A stretch of DNA of 64,000 bases, from NCBI RefSeq assembly GCF_020745735.1, contig NC_083409.1, forward strand, positions 11,773,052 through 11,837,051, written 5' to 3'. Under the pieces are notes generated by a model that saw nothing but the letters and a program-made list of their open reading frames with translations, had not been told where the DNA came from and ran no database searches. Shown one piece after another: positions 38,223 to 48,600 of this stretch (positions are counted from its first letter, which is position 1; every line of letters starts with the position of its first letter). The stretch is from Hemiscyllium ocellatum (lineage: Eukaryota). Made by a program: the position numbers and the translations under genes.

Positions 38223-38349
38223 GAGGGATTGATGGCCGGAGTTCATGACCCCGCACTGTGTGAAGGTTGGTGTGAAGTGAGGCCAGTGTGTTGGAGCTTG
38301 GGCTCCTGCCTCAGGCCCAGGTGTAGGGGCCTGTTCAACAATCTGCACA
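38223..38349 (-). promoter_or_regulatory. 127-bp invariant element, copy 2
   Basis: Identical to copies 1 and 3. Confidence 0.55.
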
Positions 38350-41300
38350 ATGTTTTCGTTTTTCTTTCTGATCACAGACATTTTAATATTGCTTAACAAA
38401 CTAAAGATGGAAATATGTCAGTGCCGGGATTATTTAACATCTTGGTCCTAGTTGTTAATGGACCCTCACGCGTGATAACACAGTTTTCAATGTTTCTCTC
38501 CCCTTACGTGTTACGAAGAGCTTTGCAAACATGTTTTGATGAGGACAGTGTGTCTTCAACACCATGTAACGGAGTGGGTGGGTTTATGAATTCTCATCCC
38601 ACTACGTCCACTTTCAAGGAAAATTACCTCCACTGACCCATTTCTTTGGCCGCCATTTGCAGCAAAAGCAAATCTCTCCCTTTGCCAGCACAAAGAGAAA
38701 GTGCCTGTCAGATTCCCTCGTGTGTGATGGATTAGCCCAATAGGAGCAGCACTGGTAGATCATGCTGTATCAGCCTGGACAGAAACCTGGGCAACCTCCA
38801 AATGAAAGGATGACCTTCAGTAGATCTACTGCCACATGAAATATGGAATTGGAATCCTTGTTCCCGAATCACCTCATCAAAGCCAAATACAACTGAGAAA
38901 ATATAAACCAAACCAACTTCCCAAGGTCATTCATCAGAACATAACAAGAAATTGGTTAACAGACAGTTACTGTCTCCTTTCTCTGGAGAGTGTCACTGTA
39001 ACTGTCCCCTCTCTCTCAGGGGAGTGTAGTTGTTCCTCTCCCCTCCCTCTTTGGGGCCATGCCATTTTGAGCATCCTTTCTGTCTGAGGATGTGACTGTT
39101 CCTGTCCCCCAACTCTCTCAGCATCAGGGAGGGGCTTGACAGCACCTGGTTTGTTAATTCCATTTACTTTCTTGTGAAATGGGTAATCCCTGCTTCACTA
39201 TACTGACCCGTGTGTCAATACCCGGTACAGCTCACCCTCCATCTCAATCAGATCACAGGGTCTAAGGTTGGTCAGTACTGTCTGGCCCCAGAACAATAAC
39301 ACTGACTGACTGGAGACAACCCAGATCAAGTCCCAATAAGAGTGTTATTGACCTTCACACTCAAAGCCCACCGAGAAGGTGGTCATCAGTCTCTAATGTT
39401 GTCGCAGTGTAATGTTTCCCAGAGAAGTAGGAGTCAGTCTAGATTTTAAACAAGGGAGGGATGTTGTGAGGAGACAGATGGGAAGGCATGGAGAGGAAAC
39501 AAAAAGGAGAGAGAATTGTATTTCTGTTACACCATTCATGAGCTCATGATGTTCAATGCTGTTTACAGTCAATGGAATACTTCTGATGTGGAGACAATGT
39601 TGTAATGTGGGGAATGCATCAGCCCATTTACTCTCAGCAGGCTCCCACAATAACAGCGAGCTATTGACCAGGACATTGGGGCTAGGACACGGAGCAGAGA
39701 ATGGAAGAGGCTGGAAAATAAAACCCAAGCAGTCAGTGAGGCCTGAGTATTGGCTGGGTAGGAGGGAGATGGCAAAGCAAAGGGGCTTCTTAAAATTCAT
39801 TCATGAGATGTGGGCATCACTGGTTTTGCTGGCATTTTATACCCATCTCTAGCTGCACTGTGAAGGTGGTGGTGCACTGCCTTCTTGAACTGCTGCAGTC
39901 CATGTACTGTAGAAAGACCCACAATGCTCTTTGGGAGGGATTTCCAGATTTTTTTTCCCAGTGACAGTGAAGGAATAATGATATATTTCCAAGTCAGGGC
40001 GGTGAGTGACCGGAAGGGGATGTTTCAGGGTGTGATGTCCTTATATGTCTGTTGCCCCTATTCTTTGAGATGGAACTATTGGTGGGTTTGGAAGGTGCTA
40101 TCTCAAGGAAGATTGGTGAGCTGGTGGTGATGGTACAGCTGGCTGAAAATGATCACCTCTCCACAGCCAGTGGTCACTCCCTTTCCTTTTATATCAGTGA
40201 AACCTGTCAATAAATGACTTCTAGTCAGTAATAGCAACAATAACAATTTGTATTGACATAACATCTTTAATGTAGGAACCATCCAAAAGTTGGGCACATA
40301 TAGTGTTTTTGCTGATGACCAAAAGAAGACAAAGAACTCGTTTGAAGAAGTGAGAGGGGTTTGTGGAGGAAATCCCCGTGCTGAGGGCCTGGGAGACTGA
40401 AGGCACAGCTGCCAGTCATGAGGTGGAAGGCCAGACTGGAGGGTTTGGGAGATGGGGGAGGGATTGAGGATAACCGAGTGGTCCATTATATCACCGCCCC
40501 ACCTGCTGCAGCAGGAGACTGGGGAGAGGAATTGGGAGGAGAAAGTGAGGTCTGCAGATGCTGGAGATCAGAGCTGAAAATGTGTTGCTGAAAAAGCGCA
40601 GCAGGTCAGGCAGCATCCAAGGAACAGGAGATTCGACATTTCGGGCATAAGCCCTTCCTCAGGAAGAAGGGCTTATGCCCGAAATGTCGAATCTCCTGTT
40701 CCTTGGATACAGAGAGGAATCAGGAGGCTGGGCAAGGCACCACCCAGAGGCTGGAGGCTGCTACTGCAGGCAGTCTCCAAACCAGTTCTCTCTGAGGGAA
40801 TGGCACTGGAGCACACAAGACCATGGGAAATAAGAGCAGGAGGAGGAATCCAATGCCAGTTAATGCTTTCGTAAGTACAGGGACCAAAACTGCACACAGT
40901 ACTCCACGTGCAGACTCACGAACACCTTGTACAGTTATAACAAGGTTTCTCTACTTTAACATTCCAAGCCAAGCAATAAAGGCCTCAATTCCATTCACCT
41001 TCTCAATGACTTGCTGCACCTGCACTAACTTTTTGTGTTTCTTGCAGAAAAACACCCAGATCCCTCTGCACTGCACTTTGCTAGAATCTCTCACCATTTA
41101 AATAATAATCTGTATTTTGATTATGCCTACTGAAGTGCATGACCTTCCACTTTCTGTCTTTAAACTCCACCTACTGTGTATTAGTGTCTCATTTCTAGTT
41201 TGGTCTTCTCTATGTGATTGTCCGTCTCTGTGCATCTGCCCGTACCATGTCCCATTCCCATTTGCTTACGGACCAGAGACTTGGGTGTCCAGCCCTTTCC

Positions 41301-41475
41301 TGCTGGTTCCATTCAATATTGAACAGCTTCCTCGAGACAACGTAGCCCAGCATGTCATCCCCTCCTTCAACTGGGATTTTCCTTGCTGTCCTGTGGTGGC
41401 ACATTCAAGGCTCGGAGAGTTACTTCATGACTCGGTCCCAGACTCTGTGACAGGGGGAGGGGGTGGGAACAGAGG

Positions 41476-41871
41476 GAGATCCAGGCTGCATGACTGGGGA
41501 GTAAGGGGGAGCCCCAGGGTCCAGGCTCCGTGACTGCGGAGTGAGGTGGAGACTCAGGCCCAGGGTCCGTGACTGGGGAGTGAGGTGGAGACCCAAGGCC
41601 TAGGCTCCGTGACTGGGGAGTGAGGGGAGACCCAGAGCCCATGCTCCATGACTGGGGAGTGAGGGGGAGACCCAGGGCCCAGGCTCTGTGACTGGGGAGT
41701 GAGGTGGAGACCCAGGGCCCAGGCTCCATGACTGGGGAGTGAGGTGGAGACCCAGGGCCCAGGCTCCGTGACTGGGGAGTGAGGTGGAGACCCAGGGCCC
41801 AGGCTCCGTGACTGGGGAGTGAGGGGGAGACCCAGGGCCCAGGCTCCGTGACTGGGGAGTGAGGTGGAGAC
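41476..41871. repeat. 40-bp G-rich minisatellite, ~10 units
   Basis: Unit GAGGTGGAGACCCAGGGCCCAGGCTCCGTGACTGGGGAGT. Confidence 0.95.
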
Positions 41872-43129
41872 TGCTAGATGATGGTGGGCTGTGAGAAACA
41901 AATGACAGTCGGCAACTGGAGGCCTTCACTGCTTTTCAAAATTAGTCCTAAGGCAAGTTTTCCACTCATCTCAGAGGGCTGGTGTTTCGACAGGGTTAAT
42001 GGCTTATCCAAAAGTCTGTCCGTGTGAGAAAGCAGGATTCCCCTTCCTGTGTACATCACAATGTTAAAGCACAACACCATTCCCAAATCTCTGGCACAGT
42101 CCTTGAAACTACATCATTTTGGTTGGAAGCAGAGAGCACAGGCTGGTCATGCTGTGTACCCCATCAGAAAGACCTGTGTGTGATCAGTTATACTGTATGG
42201 TATGCTCACAGACTGGGTGGCTAGGAGCTGGGCAATTGAATACAGCTCCATCTCCTGAGCAGGATGTGCTCCCCCTCCCCTCCACCATCTCCAGCTGGCT
42301 GAGATTGGGAAAGAGGATCCGAGTGTCCGATTGTACTGTCCGCAAGCTTGTATGTCAGCCAAGTGGATCGAACAGAATATGAATTCCCTGATTGGGGTGG
42401 ATAATCTGATCCAATCAGGGAGATATGGCTGACAGAAATAAACAGAGCCACACATCAAATGACACCAGGTTATAGTCCAACAGATTTTTTTTGAAATTCT
42501 TCACATGACTAAGGAGCAGCAACCTGATTTCAAATAAACTTGGTGAACTATAACCTGGTGTTGTGTGAATTCTGACTTGTCCACCGCAGTCCGACACCAC
42601 ATCAGAAAGAAACAGGAGTGTCAGACATCCTGTTTGCTCTGAGAGCTGCCTCTGAAGGAGCTGGGTCAGTGTCAAGGACCCTCCACATGACGGGCTACTG
42701 GCCTCTGTGCAGGTGTTACAGTAACAGTGGGACCCACACTGACAGACACACACCTACAGACAGCATTGAATGACAGTCACACCCACACTGACCAACATAC
42801 CAACAGACAGTTTTGGGTAAATGTCACACCCATAAGGGGCATGTATGTCATGAGATCCTGACTGATGCTCTCTCTGAACTAAGACCTCACTCAGTTCAGT
42901 TTTGAGCTGTCGCTGTGAGGAACAGGGTCAGGTGGGAGAAGTGAACGTCACGACTGCAGCGTCCAGCATCTGTGACTGGCCTAAGTTTGTTTCAGGTGTT
43001 ACCCAGCAGCAGAGAGGGCACAGTGCGATCACACCAGCTGAGTCTGGACCAACAGTTTGAAGAGGGAATGTCTCAGACTGTAATGATTCAGCCCCAGCAG
43101 CTTTCAGTTTCTGTTTTGTTTGGAATCTA

Positions 43130-43300
43130 GTAAACTCAACAGATTCCCAAACAAAGGGATCACTTGGAAATGATTGATGATTGGCTGTCAGTCCAAATTT
43201 CAGCCAATGTGTCATTCATTGACAGGTCAAGCAGTCAATCATGACAATCATTTGCTGACATTCTGCCAATCACCTGAGGGGGCGGTGGGACATTTCCAAA
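43130..43300. promoter_or_regulatory. CCAAT/PBX-motif block 3' of C3, with GC box
   Basis: TGATTGGCTG 43178-43187, CAGCCAAT 43201-43208, TCATTGACAG 43216-43225, CTGCCAATCA 43263-43272, GGGGCGG ~43279. Confidence 0.45.
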
Positions 43301-43331
43301 GCACTCACAAGACAGAGACTGAATCTTCATG

Positions 43332-43337
43332 TTTATT
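43332..43337 (-). terminator. Polyadenylation signal of C3
   Basis: TTTATT at the position homologous to the C1 AATAAA. Confidence 0.65.
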
Positions 43338-43860
43338 CCCTTTCCCAAGTTGTCATCAACAGAAAAAACTGTAATTAACAGCCCAGACAGAGGAAGTTGT
43401 ACACGTTCATAGTCACAATGGAGGCTGAGGAAAACACTTGCGGAGATTTTCTCAATAACATGAGAATCCTGTCCCTTTAAACAGTGACAAAACCTTAAAT
43501 TGGAACTGGCGGCTGAGCAGGAAGGAGATCTGGTTTACTGAAACAGAGACTTCTGAGGTTCACATTGTTTTGTACAACTGACAGTCTTCAGCAACTTCAA
43601 ATGATTTTACGTGGCATCACATGTAATCCCTGTCCTCATCAAACACTCACTGGTCAAGGACAGCGACGTTTAGATTCAGATTAAAGCTCCTTCTCCACTG
43701 TCCCAATGAACTGGCGTGAGCCCTGAACCTCAGAAGTGTCTCTGAGCCAGTCCTGAGAAGGAAGAGAGTTGAAATTCAGTGCTGACAATGACCTTTGTCC
43801 TGCCAGCTCAGCCCTGTTCTATTTAAAGTTGTGTCTCCTCTGTGGACTGTCTCCAACACT

Positions 43861-44191
43861 CTACACACATTCTGATCTCCTGATGCTCTTGCTGAGGGGA
43901 GAGGGGAGGGTCACGTGGGTGAGGGCACAGGAGAAGTGAGCGTTGGCCTCCCAGTCAGACCCAGAGAGGGTCAGCAGGCTGCTGACACTGTAGGTGCTGT
44001 CCGCAGCTCGCAGGTAGTTGCTGGTCTGAACCCCGTCGAAATGACTGCACCGTCCTTCTTCCACTGCACCTCCAGCTCATCGGGATAGAAGTGATTGGCA
44101 AGGCACACCAGGGTGGCAGTGCCCTTGGCATTGACCTGCTCTGGGGAGGGGGGGGGGCAGCAGGGTCAGCTTGGGCTGAGAGTTCTCATGG
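43861..44191 (-). pseudogene. IGKC: Ckappa copy C3, full length but frameshifted as assembled
   Basis: About 10 substitutions versus C4, plus three indels: one G missing after the acceptor, CCTCCC changed to C10 (44148-44157), and TCGGAC changed to TCGAC (~44037). Confidence 0.85.
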
Positions 44192-46860
44192 CTGAAAGAC
44201 AAAAGAACCAATTTTAGTCCCTGCCATTTGGCAGGATTTTCAACTCTCCAAACATTAACTAGCAGAACTAGTAGTTTGAACATTTGTATCCAATACAGAA
44301 CAAACCTAACAAAAGAATGGCCGTTTGTTAAAATTCCTTTTTGCTGGTGCAGTTTGAAGTCCCCCACCCAGTGTACACTCTGTGTTCAACGTGGCCGAGA
44401 GACTGATTCATCAGCCGAGGGAGAACAGTACATGGTAATCAGCGGGAGAATTCATAGAATCATACAGAATAGAAGAGGCCCTTCGCCCCATCAGGTCTAT
44501 GTCACCAACGCAACACTAAATCAACACAACACCCACATTCCAGAAGTGGGCCCATAATCCTAAATGTTCAGTCATTTCAGGTGCTCATCCAAGTACTTTG
44601 TGGAGGTTGTGAGGTTTCCCACCTCAACTCTCCTCCCAGGCATTCCCGACCCCCACCCTCTGTGAAAAAGCGTTTCCTCAAATCCCCTCTAAAGCTGCTG
44701 CCTTTCACATTGAATGTGAGCCAACTTGTTCTTGACCCTCCCAGTCAGGGGTACAGCTATTTACTATCACCCTGTCTATTCCCCTCATAACCTTGTCCCC
44801 CTCCATCAGGATCCCCCCCACTCCCCAAACCTTCTCTGCTCCAAAGAAAACAGCAGGAGCTTATTCATCCTCTTCACATCTGAAATGTTCCATCCCTGGG
44901 AACATTCTGGTGAATCTCCTCTGCACCCCCTCTAGTGTAATCACATCCCTCCTGCAGTGCGGAGACTACAACTGCACACAATGCTCCAGCTATGGCCTAA
45001 CTACTGTTCTGTATTGCTCTAACATATCCTCCATGCTCTTTTAGTCTCCACCTAAAATGATTAAGGCAAGTACCCCCCGATCACCTTCATAACTGCCATG
45101 TTAGCATTTTACATCTTCAAAAGTGCATCACCTCACATTTATCTGGTTTAAATTCCATCTGCCTCAGATCTGCCCATCTGACCAATCTGGTTATATCCTG
45201 CTGTAACTGAAAACCTTCTTCTTCACTGTCAACCACCCGACCAATCTTCACATCAAGCACAAACCCAGTTATTATCCACCTCCACATTCCCTTCGGCATT
45301 GTTCCTGTATATCACGAGCAATGTGGGACCCAACACTGATCCCTGTGATATCCCACTGCACCCTGGACCCAGTCACACAAACAGCCTTCTAGCATCACCT
45401 TCTGTCACCTGTCACAAAGCCAAGTTTGGATCCAACTTGCCAAGTTACCCTGGGTCCCATAGCCGTGTATATCTTCTTTATCAGTCTCCCAAGTACAACC
45501 TTGTCAAAGGCCTTACTGAAATTCATATAAACCTCCTGCACCTCCCTCATCCACACAACTGGTCACCTTCTCGACAAAATTCCAAAAGATTTGTTGGGCA
45601 TGGCCTCCCTCTGACAAAGCCGCGCTGACTACCCCAATATGGAGATTCATTCGACCTTCAGAATTTTCTCCAATTGTATCCCTACCGCTGATGAGACACC
45701 CACTGGTTTCCTTGTCCATATCTGGCCTGATGCCATGTGACCTCATCAGGCCTGGGGTCAATGTTGAGGATTTCCAGGGGTCACTCCCTCCTGGCTCTAT
45801 ATCACTGTGCCATCACCTCTGCTGAGTCTTTCCTGCTGGTGGGACAGGACCTACACAAGGGATGGTGAAGGTGGTGCCTGGGACACTGTTCGGTATAATT
45901 ATGTGAGTATGACTGTGTCAGGCTGTTGCTTGTCAGTCTAGTCTGTGAGACAGCTCTCCTGAATTTGACACTAGCCCGCAGATATTAGTAAGGAGGATGC
46001 AACAGGGTCGACAGGGCTGTGTTTGATGTTGTTTCCGGTGCCAAGGTCGAGGCCAGGTGGCCCATCAGGTTTCATTCTGTTTCTGAGACTTCCCAGCGAT
46101 TGTTAGAATGGAGGGCCTTGCTCGGCCATTACAGAAGGTGGTTAACAGTTAACCTCATTGCTGTGGGTCTGGAGTCACGTGTAGGCCAGACAAGGTAAGG
46201 ACGGCAGATTTCCTTCCCGAAAGGACATCGGTCCTTCGTCTCAATATCTCTTTAACATAACCCTGATCACTCACAGATCAGAACTACTTTATCCGAGAAC
46301 ATTGGAGCAGACTTGAATCAACGCACTTCAGGAAGGAGTCACGTTGGAAGAGCAACAAACAAGGATGGAGATGGAGACGTGGAGCTTCAAATACTGATCT
46401 TTGTACTTTGGTGGCACGCTTTGATGGCTGTTTGTTAGATCTTTGCGTATATTTTTTTTGCTGATCCCACTGCTAATCCGAAGGACACTCCACCCTTCAG
46501 TCTGACAAACCAGATTCACCACCTTGCAGTCTGACAAACCAGGTTCACCCATTTCAAGGCTCTGTTTCTGGGCAAGGCTCCAGTCTTTCAAAGAGATGAA
46601 TTCAAGCCTCACCAGTTTGATCATTTGAATTGTATGCCATTTATTTTGATTTCTCCTGGGATGGGGTGGGCGTTGACGTGTCGGTTATTTGTTGCTCTTC
46701 CCGAATTGTCCTGGAGATGGCGATGGTGAACCATGTAATATCTGGGAAGCAACTGACAGGTCATTCCCACTGGAATCCACTGGAATGACTGCAGGTTTGT
46801 TTGTGGCTAATGGAAGGAGGCATTACCCATAATCCTCAGCAGCAGTGCAAGTACTCTATA

Positions 46861-46876
46861 GTTACTGGAAGGCAGC
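46861..46876 (+). promoter_or_regulatory. Degenerate homolog of the CTCF site
   Basis: GTTACTGGAAGGCAGC, 4 mismatches to GCCACTAGAGGGCAGC, in the same flanking context (CTCTATA...TGTTTCACTGT) as 37868. Confidence 0.6.
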
Positions 46877-47342
46877 TGTTTCACTGTGCCCGCACAATAC
46901 AAAGTCAGAAGTCACACAACACCAGGCTCTAGCTCAACAGGTTAATTTGAAATCACAAGTTTTTGAAGCGCTGCTCCTTCATCAGGATAACCCCAGTCTG
47001 CCATCGGTAACCCCACATTACTGAATAGTACAAATAAACTGGGGGTCTGCGAGGATCCAACTGGCTCAATCTTAGAGAGTACAGCTCTTGAATCAGGATG
47101 CCACAATGAAAATGTCCTGCATGCTGTGATATATCAAAAAGAAATACATTGATGTGACTTTAGATTGTCTTCAGATTGTGCTTTTTTTTCATTCTATGAT
47201 ACACGGAGACAATGTCAGTGTTGTCGGTATCACAAAGAATGTTTCCTCCATTAAACACTTTCCAACACACTCTCTCCATCTTGCTTTACTCCTTATTGAC
47301 TCTTTGACATTGTCCCTGTTCCCTCACTCCGTCCCGGTCCCA

Positions 47343-47469
47343 GAGGGATTGATGGCCGGAGTTCATGACCCCGCACTGTGTGAAGGTTGGTGTGAAGTGA
47401 GGCCAGTGTGTTGGAGCTTGGGCTCCTGCCTCAGGCCCAGGTGTAGGGGCCTGTTCAACAATCTGCACA
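47343..47469 (-). promoter_or_regulatory. 127-bp invariant element, copy 3
   Basis: Identical to copies 1 and 2. Confidence 0.55.
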
Positions 47470-47529
47470 TTGTCCTATTTCTCTTTCTGAATGAACTGGA
47501 TCAAGGTGCAGTAACGATCTGGCAACAAG

Positions 47530-48600
47530 GTGTCTTGTCTAAAATGTTCGCAGCATTGGGCACAGATCTAGGTGAGTCACAGGAGACAAAGGGTAACGCT
47601 GGAAGAACGGTTTTCAGAATGGAGGGCTGTGACTAGTGATGTTCCACAGGAATCAGTGGTGGGAACTCTCCTGTTCATGATGTCCATAAATGATTTGAAG
47701 CAAAGCGTAGCTGGTCCAATGAGTAAGTTTACGGTTGATACAAAGATTGGTAGAGTTGCAGATAATGAGAAGGATTGTCGGAGGATACAGCAGGATATTA
47801 TATCAGTTGGATGCATGGACAGAAAAATGGCAGATGTAGTTTAATGCAGCCAAATGAGAGGTGATGCACTTTGAAAGGTGATGGACAGGTGGGAATTATA
47901 CAGTGAATGGCAGAATCCTTTGGAGTATTGATATGCAGAGGGATCTGGGTGTTTATGTTCACAGATCACTGAAGGTGGCAGCACAGGGAGGTAAGGCGAT
48001 AAAAAAAGGCTTATGACCTGCTTGCCTTCATTGGAAGGGGCATTGAGTATAAGGATAGACAAGTTATGCTGCAGCTTTATCGAACATTAGTTAGACCACA
48101 CTTGGAATATTGCACTCAGTTCTGGTCACCACACCATCAGAAGGATGTGGATGTTTTGAAGATGGTGCAGAAAATGTTTACCAGGATATTGTCTGGTATG
48201 GCGGATAGCAGTCCTGAAGAAAGGTTGGTTAGACAAGGTTTGTTTTCACTGGAATGCGGAAAAATGAGGCGTGTCCTGATAGAAGTTTATAAAGTTGTGA
48301 ATGGGATATGTAGAGTGGAGAATATGAGGCTTTTTTCCCCAGGGTGGAGGGGTCACTTATTGGGAACAGAGGTTCAAAGGGTGAGGGAATTAAAAAGAGA
48401 TGTGCGTGGCAAGTATTTCACACAAAGGGAGTTGAATACCTGGAACACACTGCCAGAGGAAGGGGTGGAAGCAGACATAATAGAAATATTCAAGAAATAC
48501 CTGCACAAATGCATGAATAGGAAGGGAATATAGGGATATGAATCCTGTAGGTGAAGACAGTTTCAGTGAGGAAGGGCACAATGTGCCAGCACAGGCTTGA
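47530..48600 (+). mobile_element. CR1 LINE 3' fragment
   Basis: SDVPQESVVGTLLF..SKFTVDTKIG (47572..47844); MLQLYRTLVRPHLEYCTQFWSPH (48066..48533). Confidence 0.9.

Larger units (their letters stand above)
33190..39650 (-). repeat. Cluster 3' tail module, copy 2 (downstream of C3), interrupted by Penelope/CR1/SINE insertions
   Basis: Inverted, collinear homology to 22600-27250. Confidence 0.85.

Noticed and set aside
38223-38375. 127-bp element as a snoRNA or conserved ORF
   Set aside because: The C box is imperfect (TGATGG), there is no conserved terminal stem or complete H/ACA layout on either strand, and start codon and acceptor are not shared by all three copies. Not formally excluded without Infernal.
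41367-41929. Repetitive Pro/Ser-rich ORFs
   Set aside because: Translations of the 40-bp minisatellite.
43019-43060. CACAGTG behind C3 as an RSS
   Set aside because: No nonamer at either spacing.
43286-43298. GGGACATTTCC as an NF-kB site
   Set aside because: It does not fit the 10-bp consensus exactly and is not conserved at the homologous position behind C1 or C4.
44925-44940. CCCCTCTAGTG as another CTCF site
   Set aside because: Partial match within a CR1 3' fragment; lacks the GGCA/GGCG half and has no homolog in the other units.
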